From contig CAJWLU010000001.1 in the NCBI GenBank assembly GCA_913043225.1, positions 256,001 through 320,000 of the forward strand: 64,000 nucleotides of DNA, given 5' to 3'. Position numbers and translations under genes: made by a program. The notes beneath the pieces were generated by a model. The model was not told where the DNA came from and made no database searches. It saw nothing but the letters and a program-made list of their open reading frames with translations. Positions 30,840 through 41,600 of the stretch are shown piece by piece. Numbering within the stretch: position 1 is the stretch's first letter; every line of letters starts with the position of its first letter. Source of the DNA: an uncultured Acidobacteriota bacterium (GTDB lineage: Bacteria; Acidobacteriota; Vicinamibacteria; Vicinamibacterales; UBA8438).

Positions 30840-32705
30840 TCAGAGCCGAGGCACCCTGCCCGCCACCTTGGGCACCTCGACCTTCTCCGGCTCGGGGGTG
30901 AAGTCCTCGCCGGGATTGATGAACTGATCCTGCTCGAAGCGGTATTGCGTATCGTGTAGCTCTCGATAGCGTCCGCCTGCTGCCAGTAGTTCGTGGTGGG
31001 TACCCCGCTCGACGATGCACCCCTTCTCGAGCACCAGGATCTGGTTGGCGCTCTGGATCGTCGACAGGCGGTGGGCGATCACGAACGTGGTACGGCCCTG
31101 TCGCAGGGCACTCAGCCCGGCCTGGATCATCGCTTCGCTCTCGCTATCGAGGCTCGACGTCGCTTCATCCAGGATCAAGATACGAGGATCGGCAAGAATC
31201 GCCCGGGCAATCGCCACCCGCTGGCGCTGCCCACCGGAGAGCTTGACCCCACGCTCACCCACAATCGTGTCGTACCCTTCCGGAAACCCCTGAATAAACT
31301 CGTCACAGTGGGCGAGACGGCTCACCGCCTCGATTTCGGCCCGGGTGGCATGCCGGCGGGAGAAGCCGATGTTCGCGGCCACCGACCCGTCGAACAGGAA
31401 ATTCTCCTGCAGCACCACTCCGAGCTGGCTGCGATAGTCCGCAAGCTTCACGTCGGCGAGGTCGAGGCCATCCACCAGCACCCGCCCCTGCTGGGGCCGG
31501 TTGAACGCCATAACCAGGCTCACCAGCGTACTCTTGCCGGAGCCGCTCGACCCGACCAGGGCGGTCGTGGTGCCCGCCTGGGCGGTTAGCGAAACATCCT
31601 CCAGTACTGGCACACCCTCGCTGTAGGCGAACGTCACACCGTCGACCTCGATGTCGCCGCGCAGAGCGTCAATCGACTGACGCGACTCGTCCTCGTCGAT
31701 CTCTGTGGCCGTGCCGAGGATCTCCCGAATGCGATCCAGGCCGGCAAACGCCTCAGTGATCTGGGTTCCGATCGACGCGATCTGCACCACCGGTGCGACG
31801 ACGACACCGGTGAAAACGAGGTACTGCAACATGTCGCCCACCGTCCAGAAGCCGTCGATGATAGCGCGACCGCCCACCACGATCATCAATGCGCTTATTA
31901 GCCCGATGACGAGTGAGGCCGCCGAGGTGGTGGCCGACACCCCGGTCACACCCTTGGCGACGTTGCGCAATAGACGATGCACGCCCTTAGCGAAGACGAG
32001 CTGCTCGCGCTTCTCGACACTGTAGGCCTTGATGATACGGACGCCGCCCAGTGTCTCGGCTAGCCTCCCGGTCACCTCCGCATTGATCTTCCCGCGCTCC
32101 CGGAACAGCGGCCGCAGCTTCGAGAAACCCTTCGCCATGCCGACACCAAAGAAGACGAGAATCAGCAGTGTCAAGGTCGTGAGGCGCCAGTTCAAATAGA
32201 ACAGGACGGCCATCCCGAGTGTCGCAGTCACGAGCCCGCCGGCGAGCTGCGCCAGCCCGGTGCCCACAAGGTTGCGAATACCCTCGGCATCGCTCATCAC
32301 CCGCGATATCAGGACCCCGGTCTGGGTAGAGTCGAAGTAGCCGACCGGCAGGCGCGTGATGTGCCGCTGGACACGCTTGCGCATCTCGGTGATGGCGCGC
32401 TGCGCAGCAACCCCGAGCACCTGTGACAGGGCGAAGCCGGTGCTGGCCTGCACCAGGGTCGCGCCCGCCGCCACCAGCGCCAGCGGCACCAACATCTCGG
32501 AACGGCCCTCGGCGATGACATCGTCGACGACGTAGCCGGACAGGCCGGGGAGCACCAGTCCGGCGAACCGGCTGACCAGCATCAAAACCATCCCCAGCAG
32601 GAGCCGGTGTCGATGCTGCTGCACTAGCGCCCGGGCCTCGGCCCAGGCGACCGGCGTCACCAGAGGCTTCTTCGCCGTCGCCTTCTGAGGGGTATCGTCT
32701 GCCAT
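30840..32705 (-). CDS. ABC exporter, fused permease/ATPase (MsbA/MdlB-like)
   Basis: TM domain followed by GSSGSGKST, LSGGQRQR, ILDEATS and IAHRLST. Confidence 0.95.
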   Translation of the reverse strand: MADDTPQKATAKKPLVTPVAWAEARALVQQHRHRLLLGMVLMLVSRFAGLVLPGLSGYVVDDVIAEGRSEMLVPLALVAAGATLVQASTGFALSQVLGVAAQRAITEMRKRVQRHITRLPVGYFDSTQTGVLISRVMSDAEGIRNLVGTGLAQLAGGLVTATLGMAVLFYLNWRLTTLTLLILVFFGVGMAKGFSKLRPLFRERGKINAEVTGRLAETLGGVRIIKAYSVEKREQLVFAKGVHRLLRNVAKGVTGVSATTSAASLVIGLISALMIVVGGRAIIDGFWTVGDMLQYLVFTGVVVAPVVQIASIGTQITEAFAGLDRIREILGTATEIDEDESRQSIDALRGDIEVDGVTFAYSEGVPVLEDVSLTAQAGTTTALVGSSGSGKSTLVSLVMAFNRPQQGRVLVDGLDLADVKLADYRSQLGVVLQENFLFDGSVAANIGFSRRHATRAEIEAVSRLAHCDEFIQGFPEGYDTIVGERGVKLSGGQRQRVAIARAILADPRILILDEATSSLDSESEAMIQAGLSALRQGRTTFVIAHRLSTIQSANQILVLEKGCIVERGTHHELLAAGGRYRELHDTQYRFEQDQFINPGEDFTPEPEKVEVPKVAGRVPRL

Positions 32706-32738
32706 CGGCCGCCTTTGAGTACAGTATAGGTGTTCACC

Positions 32739-33851
32739 GTGGCCTCTCACGACAAGCCTTCCACTCGGCGTATCCTGCACGTCGATATGGACGCCTTCTA
32801 CGCGTCGGTCGAACAGCGAGACGATCCCTCGTTACGGGGAATGCCGGTCGCGGTCGGCGGCCGACCCGATGGGCGCGGGGTGGTCGCGGCGGCCAGCTAT
32901 GAAGCACGCAGGTTCGGGGTCCGCTCGGCGATGTCCATGGCGCGGGCCGTCCGGCTATGCCCAGAGTTACGCATCGTGCGCCCTGATTTCGCCCGCTATC
33001 GGTCCATCTCGCAACAAATTTTTGGGATGTACCGGTCGGTGACCCCGCTCGTCGAACCGCTCTCGCTGGATGAGGCTTACCTAGACGTCACCGAGAACAA
33101 CTGGGGCGAACCGCTCGCAACCACGGTCGCCAAACGGCTTAAGCGCTGGATCAAGGAGGACACCGGGCTAACGGCCTCGGCCGGGGCAGCGCCGAACAAG
33201 TTCCTGGCAAAGATCGCGTCTGACTGGAACAAACCGGACGGGCTAACCGTCATCCCAACCGAACGGGTGGAAGGGTTCCTTCAGCAGCTCCCAGTGGAGG
33301 CACTCTGGGGTGTAGGACCGGTGACCGCGAAACGGCTGCGGGTGGCCGGCATCACCAGGCTGGTCGACGTGCGGGAGGTCGCCGACGACACGCTGTACGG
33401 CGCCGTTGGTAACCAAGCCGAGTGGCTGAGGCGGCTGGCCGCCGGCATCGACGACCGTCCGGTGACCCCGCACCGGGTCGTAAAATCATCGGGGTCCGAA
33501 CGCACGTTTCCCGCCGATCTGACCGACCTCGCGGTCATTCGCCACGAGGTAGATCAAATGGCTCGGCCGCTCGCCCGGTGGCTCGCTGAGCGAAAGTTCG
33601 GAGCCCGGACGGTGATCATCAAGGTACGCTACGACGACTTCACGACGGTGACTCGCAGCCACAGCGAACGGCCCGCGATTCGCGAGGAAGCGGCCCTTGC
33701 GGCGCGAGCCGTGGCTCTGCTCAGCCGCACCGAGGCCGGGGTCCGCCCTGTACGGCTCCTTGGGGTTAGCGTCCACAACCTCGAAACCGACGTCCCCGGC
33801 GACGACCCGCTGGGCCACCCGACGCTACCGCTGACGACCGACCGCGACTAG
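32739..33851 (+). CDS. dinB: DNA polymerase IV
   Basis: HVDMDAFYASVE, SYEARRFGVRSAM, SLDEAYLD, KFLAKIASDWNKPDG. Confidence 0.96.
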   Translation: MASHDKPSTRRILHVDMDAFYASVEQRDDPSLRGMPVAVGGRPDGRGVVAAASYEARRFGVRSAMSMARAVRLCPELRIVRPDFARYRSISQQIFGMYRSVTPLVEPLSLDEAYLDVTENNWGEPLATTVAKRLKRWIKEDTGLTASAGAAPNKFLAKIASDWNKPDGLTVIPTERVEGFLQQLPVEALWGVGPVTAKRLRVAGITRLVDVREVADDTLYGAVGNQAEWLRRLAAGIDDRPVTPHRVVKSSGSERTFPADLTDLAVIRHEVDQMARPLARWLAERKFGARTVIIKVRYDDFTTVTRSHSERPAIREEAALAARAVALLSRTEAGVRPVRLLGVSVHNLETDVPGDDPLGHPTLPLTTDRD

Positions 33852-33886
33852 GAATGTTCAGCACCAGCACATAGGATAATTCAGCC

Positions 33887-34120
33887 ATGCTCAAAGGCAC
33901 CCGCTCGGCAATCCTGCGGAAGGTCCAGCCGGTCAGTATTCACGGGCAAATCTCGTGGGACGTCTACTTTAACGATCCCGAGCAGCCGGAGGGTGCAATC
34001 GAGATGGCGCGGGTGGGCCCGGAAGCGGTCGAGGGCCAGCTCGAGCCGGGACATCGGATCACGCTGACCTACCTCCTCGGCAGCGTCACTGCAGTCCGTC
34101 GAGACACACCGAACGGGTGA
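33887..34120 (+). CDS. small hypothetical protein (77 aa)
   Basis: GC3-biased ORF with GATAAT just upstream; beta-rich sequence. Confidence 0.7.
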   Translation: MLKGTRSAILRKVQPVSIHGQISWDVYFNDPEQPEGAIEMARVGPEAVEGQLEPGHRITLTYLLGSVTAVRRDTPNG

Positions 34121-34131
34121 GAACATATCCC

Positions 34132-34422
34132 CCCGGAATCAAGCGTTAGGATTTCGGCGAGGTCGAGAAGATACAGGGTCGTGCCCACCAGCGTCGGCAC
34201 GGTCTAGGCGGTAGCCCAGACTACATCTGCATGTCCTCGACCCATGAACCTGTCTGGCGATAACCGACCGAGGACCAGCTCACTATCCTCAGCTAGCATA
34301 ACGGTCGACTCGCCCGCCTGCGGAAAGCTCGCATGACTTGTAGCCCTGATCCTGCCAGACCACCTCGCCCATGTGGACATCCATTGCGGTCAAGAAGGCG
34401 GACCGTTTCCATATATCGTGTG
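34132..34422 (-). pseudogene. decayed C-terminal fragment of a PQQ-like (BamB-type) beta-propeller protein
   Basis: Manual translation: AFLTAMDVHMGEVVWQDQGY / frameshift / HASFPQAGESTVMLAEDSELVLGRLSP...A*TVPTLVGTTLYLLDLAEILTLD. The in-frame TAG at 34206-34204 sits where W is expected. Confidence 0.75.
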
Positions 34423-34502
34423 CGCTTCCATCGCCGTGACTCTACCGGACCCAACGCGTTGTCGAGCCTCGGGCCGTGTGGTAGAAGGACATCAACACCT
34501 TT

Positions 34503-35612
34503 ATGACTGCGCCCGTGGACCGCGTTTCACCTTCGTCTAGCCTGGAAGCCCTTGGCTGGAACGAGGATCTCGCGCGACACTTCGCGGCCGAGACCACCGA
34601 GTGCCGGCCGGCGCGGGTTGCAGTGGCCCACAATTACCTGTTCCAGCTACTCGGCGCATCCGGCGCCCTGATGGCCGAGGTCTCGGGCCGACTCCGCCAT
34701 CAGACCGCGACGCAGGACGCGATGCCGGTCGTGGGTGACTGGGTCTCGGCCCGGATCCATTCCGACGAGGAGAAGGCCACGATCGAAACGGTGCTGCCAC
34801 GCCGTACCAGCTTCTCGAGGAAAGCGGCTGGCGAAGCCACGCGACGGCAGCTCGTCGCCGCGAACATCGACGTTATCTTTTTGGTCTGCGGGCTCGATGG
34901 CGACTTCAACCTGCGGCGGATCGAGCGCTACCTGGTGGCTATCGCTGACAGTGGAGCGCGTGCGGTCATCGTCCTCAATAAGGCCGACATGTCATCCGAG
35001 CCCGACCGGGCCAGAGCTGAGGTCGCGGCGATGACGCCGGCCTCGCCGATTCACGTGATTAGCTGCCTCGAAGAGGGGGGCGTGGAACCACTCACAGAAC
35101 ATCTTGCCCTGGGCCGTACCATCGCGCTCCTGGGCTCGTCCGGCGTCGGGAAATCCACGATCATCAACCGGATGCTCGGGACGGAGCGTCAACGGACCGG
35201 GGGCGTACGGCGGCGTGACCGCCGCGGACGCCACACCACGACCCAGCGCGAGTTGATCGTGTTACCGACTGGCGGCCTCCTCATCGACACACCGGGCATG
35301 CGGGAGCTGCAGCTCTGGGATGCCGACGTGGCCACCGATGACGCCTTCGACGATATCGAGGCACTCGCCGCCGGGTGCCGCTTCCGCGACTGCCGCCACG
35401 ACCAAGAACCACACTGCGCTGTCCGCGGAGCCGTCAAGGCGGGCACGCTGCCGGCCGCCCGACTGGCCAACTACCGAACCCTGACCCGTGAGGCCAACGA
35501 GCTACGGCGCCGACGCGAGGAACTGGCCCGGCAGGACGAGCAGCGTCGGACCAGATCGGCCTATCGCTCCATGCGCACCATGCGGCACAAACGACTCGGA
35601 TCGGAGCCATGA
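34503..35612 (+). CDS. rsgA: ribosome small subunit-dependent GTPase A
   Basis: VVGDWV, LNKAD, GSSGVGKST, GRHTTT, DTPGMRE, zinc motif CRFRDCRHDQEPHC. Confidence 0.95.
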   Translation: MTAPVDRVSPSSSLEALGWNEDLARHFAAETTECRPARVAVAHNYLFQLLGASGALMAEVSGRLRHQTATQDAMPVVGDWVSARIHSDEEKATIETVLPRRTSFSRKAAGEATRRQLVAANIDVIFLVCGLDGDFNLRRIERYLVAIADSGARAVIVLNKADMSSEPDRARAEVAAMTPASPIHVISCLEEGGVEPLTEHLALGRTIALLGSSGVGKSTIINRMLGTERQRTGGVRRRDRRGRHTTTQRELIVLPTGGLLIDTPGMRELQLWDADVATDDAFDDIEALAAGCRFRDCRHDQEPHCAVRGAVKAGTLPAARLANYRTLTREANELRRRREELARQDEQRRTRSAYRSMRTMRHKRLGSEP

Positions 35613-36829
35613 CCTCAACGAGAACGCTGCTTGTCGCACTGGTCGGGACCGTCGTTGCCCTCACCGGGCTGACCGCCCAAGATGACCGGATCACAGTCCG
35701 GGCCGGCCGCCTCCTCGACGGCACCGGCCGGATCGTCGAGAACGCGCGGATCACCATCGACGGGTCCGAGATCGCCGGGGTCGACCGGCTCCGGGGCGCG
35801 GTCACCTATGACCTGTCCGGAATGACGGTCATGCCGGGTCTGATCGATACCCACGTCCACCTTACCTCCCATTTCGACGCTGATGGGGAGACACATGACG
35901 ACCTCGACGAGTCACCCGCCCGGACGATTCTCTATGCGGCGGAGAACGCGTACAAGACACTGCAGGGTGGGGTCACGACGATCCAGAGCCTCGGCAGCCC
36001 GCTCGACGCCGAGCTGCGGGACGCCATCGCGAGAGGCTCTCTGCCCGGTCCTAGGATCCTGAGCTCGCTCGGCGCCATCCGCGAGAGTACCGGCACGCCG
36101 GACGAGATCCGCACGGCCGTGCGACAACTGGCCAACAACGGCGCCGACGTGATCAAGATCTTCGCCTCGGCCAGCATCCGCGACGGCGGCGAACTGGTGA
36201 TGAGCCCTGAACAGCTTGAGGCCGCCTGCGGCGAAGCGACCGCCGTCGGGCTCAGGTCAGTCGTCCACGCGTACGGCACGGAAGGGGTGACGGCGGTGGT
36301 CGAGGCCGGATGTGGGGGTATCGAACACGGCACCAGATTCGACGACGAGACGATCGCGCTAATGGCCGAACGGGAAACGTATCTCGACCTGCACCTGGAG
36401 TTGCTCTGGAGCAACTACGACGAATATCGAAGCGCCTTTATCGGACGGGGCAACTACACCGAAATGGGCTACGCGCGGATGGCGGAGGCCAGGCGCGCCG
36501 GCCTCGACACCTTCCAGCGGACCGTCAGTCACGGGGACGTCAAGATGGTCTTTGGCACCGACGCGCTGGCCGGTGCCCATGGACGGAACACGGACGAGCT
36601 CGTAGCGCGGGTTCGGATCGGACGGCAACGCCCGATGGACGCCATCGTGTCGGCCACCTCACTGGCGGCCGAATCGCTCGGGCTCGGTGACCGGATCGGC
36701 ACTCTCGCACGCGGCTACGAGGCAGACCTGATCGCGGTGCCCGGGGACGCGCTCGCCGACATCGTCGCATTGCGTAACGTCAGATTCGTAATGAAGGGCG
36801 GGGTGGTATTCAAGTACGAAGCACAGTAA
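35609..36829 (+). CDS. exported metal-dependent amidohydrolase (Xaa-Pro dipeptidase-like)
   Basis: PGLIDTHVH, IKI, VHA, IEHG, FGTDA, ADLIAV, VMKGG; signal peptide; ATGA overlap with rsgA. Confidence 0.9.
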   Translation: MTSTRTLLVALVGTVVALTGLTAQDDRITVRAGRLLDGTGRIVENARITIDGSEIAGVDRLRGAVTYDLSGMTVMPGLIDTHVHLTSHFDADGETHDDLDESPARTILYAAENAYKTLQGGVTTIQSLGSPLDAELRDAIARGSLPGPRILSSLGAIRESTGTPDEIRTAVRQLANNGADVIKIFASASIRDGGELVMSPEQLEAACGEATAVGLRSVVHAYGTEGVTAVVEAGCGGIEHGTRFDDETIALMAERETYLDLHLELLWSNYDEYRSAFIGRGNYTEMGYARMAEARRAGLDTFQRTVSHGDVKMVFGTDALAGAHGRNTDELVARVRIGRQRPMDAIVSATSLAAESLGLGDRIGTLARGYEADLIAVPGDALADIVALRNVRFVMKGGVVFKYEAQ

Positions 36830-36899
36830 CGCCCTGCAGGTGGGGAGCAGTCCCGAGGGAAGAGCTTGGGCTGCCACATGGAGCAAAGCCCCATGGAGA

Positions 36900-37463
36900 C
36901 TAGTGGACGCCCCGCCCCATCTGTAACGTCGATGGGTCGGCACCGAGCCGGCGAATCGCCGTCTCCCACATGTCGGCCGGGGCGGTATCGAAAATCAGAT
37001 CGAGTTGGACGTCCGCGACGAGCCAGGCCGACGCCGCTAGCTCCTCGTCGAGCTGACCGGCGCCCCACCCGGCGTAGCCCGTCAGCAGACGTGCCCGATC
37101 GGGCGGCCGATCAACGAGCAGACAACGGAGCAGGTCAGGCGACGTCGACAGATACAGCCCGTCGCACACCTCGACCGACTCGGCATCCAGCGGCTCGTCT
37201 CCCATCAGTATCCAACCGCGCTCTGGTTCGACCGGACCGCCGATCCAGAGCTGCAATCCATTGTCGCCGTCGACCGGTGGGGTTAAACGTACCACCGACG
37301 ACGCCGGCGTCTCCGTCTGGCGATTCAGCACTAGTCCAAACGCACCCTCTTCGCCGTGTTCGCACAACAGGACCACCGTCTGCTTGAAGTTAGGATCGAC
37401 GAGCTGCGGCATCGACAGCAACAAGGTGGGAACGAGCGAACCGGGCTGCAGAGACTTGGTCAT
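36900..37463 (-). CDS. YqgE/AlgH (DUF179) family protein
   Basis: DPNFKQTVVLLCEH, GLVLNR, GGPV, GYAGWGAGQLDEEL, C-terminal GVH. Confidence 0.93.
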   Translation of the reverse strand: MTKSLQPGSLVPTLLLSMPQLVDPNFKQTVVLLCEHGEEGAFGLVLNRQTETPASSVVRLTPPVDGDNGLQLWIGGPVEPERGWILMGDEPLDAESVEVCDGLYLSTSPDLLRCLLVDRPPDRARLLTGYAGWGAGQLDEELAASAWLVADVQLDLIFDTAPADMWETAIRRLGADPSTLQMGRGVH

Positions 37464-37523
37464 ACCGACGTCAACGTCTTCCCCAATCATAGTTCAGCGT
37501 CCGATATCGGGGTTCGGACGACG

Positions 37524-38606
37524 TCAGCGCGATCCACTGTCGAGCCGGTCACGCGCCCAGGCAAGGTGCTCCGCCACCAGGGGGTCACGCACGCAGTCGT
37601 CTGAAACGGCCACCTCGTCCGACTCCTCGAGCGTTCGCGCGAGCCCGGCGTCGTCGGTATTGCCAAGCGCGACCGCAACATTCCGCCGTAACCGTCGAAC
37701 CCGAGCGCGCATCATCGCGCCGCCGCGGATGGCATCCCGCAGCTCGGCGTCTGAGCGACGCCACAGCTCACCCAGATCGGGCCGGTCCAGAGCCTGTCGC
37801 GGCTGCCATGCTGGATCGTCGCTCACTGGTGGTTGCTGATTGAAGGGACAGACCTCCTGGCAGATATCGCACCCGTAGACGTGATTGCTTAGCGACGGCC
37901 GCAGCGCCTCTGGCAGGGCGCCCTTGGTCTCGATCGTGAGATAGGACAGACACCGCGTCGAGTCGAGCACCCCGGGAGTTGGGAACGCCTTGGTCGGACA
38001 GGCATCCAGACAGAGCGTGCAAGAGCCACACTGGTCGAAGCCGGGGGGATCAGCCGCGAGGTCGAGCGTGGTAACCACCACCGAGAGAAACAGCCAAGAG
38101 CCGAGCTCGGGATGGATGAGGCAAGTATTCTTCCCGACCCAGCCCAGCCCGGCGCGCTCAGCGAACGCCTTCTCCTGGATCGGACCGGTGTCAACATAGA
38201 TCCGGCACCGGGACGGCTCGTCGTGTTCGGCCGTCATCCATTCCCCCAGCGCCCGGGTACGGTCGCCGAGCACGTCGTGATAGTCGTCACCCCACGCATA
38301 GCGCGAGATCAGGGCGACCTGCGGATCGTCTACCTCCGTCGAATAGGGGCGGTCGACGTTGTAGACGGTCCCAAGCATCACCACGGCCCTCGCGCCGGGG
38401 AGAACCAGGCGGGGATCGGCTCGCCGCTCGGCGTTTCTCGCGAGATAGTGCATCTCGCCCGCATAGCCACGATCCAGCCACTCGCGCAGCACCCCGAGCC
38501 GCTCGAACGGCACAGCCGGCGCAATTCCGCACAGGTCGAAGCCGAGCTCGGCAGCACGTGCCTTAACCGCCTCGGCCGTCGCCGGTCTGGGCTGTGGTTT
38601 ACCCAT
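37524..38606 (-). CDS. queG: epoxyqueuosine reductase
   Basis: GEMHYL, SRYAWGDDYH, VDTGP, GWVGKN, CGSCTLCLDACPT, GCDICQEVCP. Confidence 0.96.
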   Translation of the reverse strand: MGKPQPRPATAEAVKARAAELGFDLCGIAPAVPFERLGVLREWLDRGYAGEMHYLARNAERRADPRLVLPGARAVVMLGTVYNVDRPYSTEVDDPQVALISRYAWGDDYHDVLGDRTRALGEWMTAEHDEPSRCRIYVDTGPIQEKAFAERAGLGWVGKNTCLIHPELGSWLFLSVVVTTLDLAADPPGFDQCGSCTLCLDACPTKAFPTPGVLDSTRCLSYLTIETKGALPEALRPSLSNHVYGCDICQEVCPFNQQPPVSDDPAWQPRQALDRPDLGELWRRSDAELRDAIRGGAMMRARVRRLRRNVAVALGNTDDAGLARTLEESDEVAVSDDCVRDPLVAEHLAWARDRLDSGSR

Positions 38607-38659
38607 CGTGAAAACGATCCGCGCGAACAGGCCCTCCAGGCACGAGCGTCGTTTTCAAG

Positions 38660-41600
38660 CTAAAACGAATACCTCAGCCCAAACTGCATCTCGCGCGCGT
38701 TCTGCGCGCTAAAGATGCGTCCGAAGTTTGGGGTGCCGAAGATCCGGTTCGGCACGTCGAAGTTAGCCCGGTTCAAGAGGTTGAAAATCTCCCACCGGAA
38801 CTGGAGCCGTCCCTCATTCACCTGCCAGTCCTTCTGCACCGACAGGTCGACCACGGCAAACCCTGGGGCGAAGACGCTGTTTCGTGGGGCGCTCCCGAAG
38901 GTGAACGGGGCCTGGAGCGCGAACGCCGCGGTGTTAAACCACTCGGTGGCGCTACGCTGGCCCGCAGACAGGTTCGGATCGCCAATCCGGTCCGGCCGCT
39001 GGAACGGACCCGACCCGATGTTGGCGATATCCTGGGCAAGATTGACGGTGAACGGGGCACCTGACTGCACCGTCAGGATGGCGTTAAGCCGCCACCCGGC
39101 GGCAAGCAGCTCAGCCGTCCCGCCGGCACGCTCGAAGAACGGCAGCTGATAGCTGCCGCTGGCGACGAGCTGATGACGGCGGTCAAAGCTCGAAAGCGCC
39201 TCCTCTCCGGGGAAGATATTGCGCACATCCTGCGGCACATTCGACTCGAACGCAGTAGCTCCTGGGCTGGACGCATCGTCCAGCGACCGGGACAGCGTGT
39301 AGGCGGCATTGAAAGAGAATCGGCCGTCAAAGCGCCGCTCCGCCTTGAATGTCAAGGCGTGGTAGATGGACTTGCCGTCGAATCGGATCGCCCGAATGGC
39401 ACTCAGCTGCGGAATCGGCCTCCGGGCATCAATCGGCCCCGGACCAGGCTCTGGCACATTCCGGATGGTCGAGTTGTCGGCCCCGAGCGTGTACGAGCCC
39501 ATGTACAGGACCTCCAACATGGTTCGCGGAAACGCTTCTATCTGCACGCCTCCGCTCCAGGTCTGTGTGTATTCGACCTGGTAGTCGTTGTCCATAATCG
39601 TGCCGCCGATGCTACCGGTCGAGTCTGAGGAAAGGATGTTCCTCGTCTGGAGGCTCGGCACCAGCTGATCCGAGGGCGCATCAACCTGCTTCAGGAAGAA
39701 AAATGGCAGGTTGCGCGAAAATGCGGTCTGCACACTGTAGGCCCACTGGTTCAGGAAGATGCCGTAGCCCCCGCGGATCACGGCCGGTCGCTCCTCGCCC
39801 AGGGACAAGGCGAACCCCGTCCGCGGCGCCAGCCGCACCTTACTTGGGCGCAAAAGGCTCCGCTCCCAGCCGATCTCGGATGAGGTGACCCAGGGGATCG
39901 GGATGAGCGGCAGCAACGCCTGCGCGTCGGACGAAATGTTGCCCTGGTCATCGCTGGCGATGACAAACCGCCCGCCCGGCACCGAGAGGTCGATTGAGGA
40001 CAGCTCGTTATCCACGTCCTTCATATGGGCGTTGTACTCGTAGCGCAAGCCGTAGTTGATCGTCAGGTTATCTCTGACCCGCCAGTCGTCCTGGGCATAG
40101 AGATGAAGCCAGGTGGTCCGGGCATCCTCATCGCCGCCGCCCACGCCTGAGCGGGCGGAGGTGGGAAACCCGAGAAGAAGATCGGCCAACGCGTTCCCCG
40201 TCCACTGCCCCGTATAGCTGAAGGCGCCCCGCGCCGTGTCGGCATTGAGCGGCCTGAACTTCAAATGAAAAAGGTAGCCGCCGAACTTAAACCGATGGGC
40301 GCCGCGATCAATCAGGAAGTTGTTGTAGAGCTCGAGGTGTTCGTTGTCACGGGAGACGAACGTCGTTGGATCTCCCATCGTGCTGAACAATCCACCGGTC
40401 GAGATCTGAGGAAACCCGACATCCCGCGGGTTCCGGCTGACCCCTAGCAGACCGACATTGCCGGCGAAGTCGAATCCGGCGTTGGCGCTCCGCTGCCCGC
40501 CATCCACCGACATATAGCCGAACCGAAACTCGTTCAGCATGCTGACACCGAAGGTCTTGGTGTGGCTGACGCCCAGGTTCCTGGTAGTGGTGTCCAGCGA
40601 GCGTCCGAACCCTGGCACCAGGGACTCCTGCTGCACGCTTGTCCCGAAGGGCTGAATCTCGTCGGCGTCGAAGGTGCTGAACCGGACGAACATTTGCTGG
40701 GTGTCAGTCAACCGATGGTCGACGCGAACACTGAACTGATGGACGTCTTTGTCTTGTTGCTCGACGGACGTGAGATTCTGGAACTCCCCGGTGCCATTGG
40801 GCAGCGGCACGTTGGCGAGAAACGCCTGCGCGATCGGGTCTAGGCGGTCGGCGGGAATGCGGTTTCCTGGGAACGGCGCGCACGCGCCGGTGCCGGCATC
40901 GATGGTGCTCGGATCGCAGATCGAATCCCAACCAGTGAAGTCCCCTGACCGCAACGTCGACGTCGGCACCGAGAAGGTCTTGGTCAGCGAACGCTTGGTG
41001 TCCTGACGTTCGTAGCTCACGAAGAAGAAGGTTCGATCAGGCACAATCGGCCCGCCGAACGAGCCTCCGTATTGGTGCTGATCGAGCGGCGGCACCGGCA
41101 GGCTGCGATCATCGAAGAAGTTGTGCGCATCGAAACGCTCGTCACGCACGAACTCGAAGAGGCTCCCGCTGAAACGGTTAGCCCCAGACTTGGTCGCGAC
41201 ATTGATAAGCGCCGATGCCTTCCCCCCGAACTCGGGCGGATACATCGACTTCTGGATCTTGAACTCCTGGATCGAATCGACGGAGGGATTGATAACCAGG
41301 TTGTTGAACAACTCGTCAGTGACCTTGAAGCCATCAAGCAGGTAGATGTTGTGACCCGCCCGCTGCCCACCGACGTTGGGTAACGGCCCGGCCTGCTGCA
41401 GGGCAGCGCCGCGGGTGCCACCGGGCGGGATGACCACGGCGTCGCTAAGTTGGGCCAACTGGAGGAACTGCCGCCCGTTGAGCGGAATCTGCTCGACCTC
41501 GCGAGTCTCGATCACGTCACTGATTTCGGCCGTGGTGACCTGAAGCAGGGGCGCGGTCACCTCGACCACGACCTCCTCGCTCACCGCACCAAGCGTCAGG

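Noticed and set aside
32706..32738. LexA box upstream of dinB
   Set aside because: GTAC and GTTC half-sites are 9 nt apart and match no LexA consensus I know.
34156..34369. Apparent structured ncRNA (GGCGAGGT...ACCTCGCC closing stem, inner hairpins, TPP-like ACCCATGAACCTG)
   Set aside because: It lacks the TPP CUGAGA element and SRP/tmRNA/RNase P signatures. The minus strand is better explained as a propeller pseudogene, and short stems are common at this GC content.
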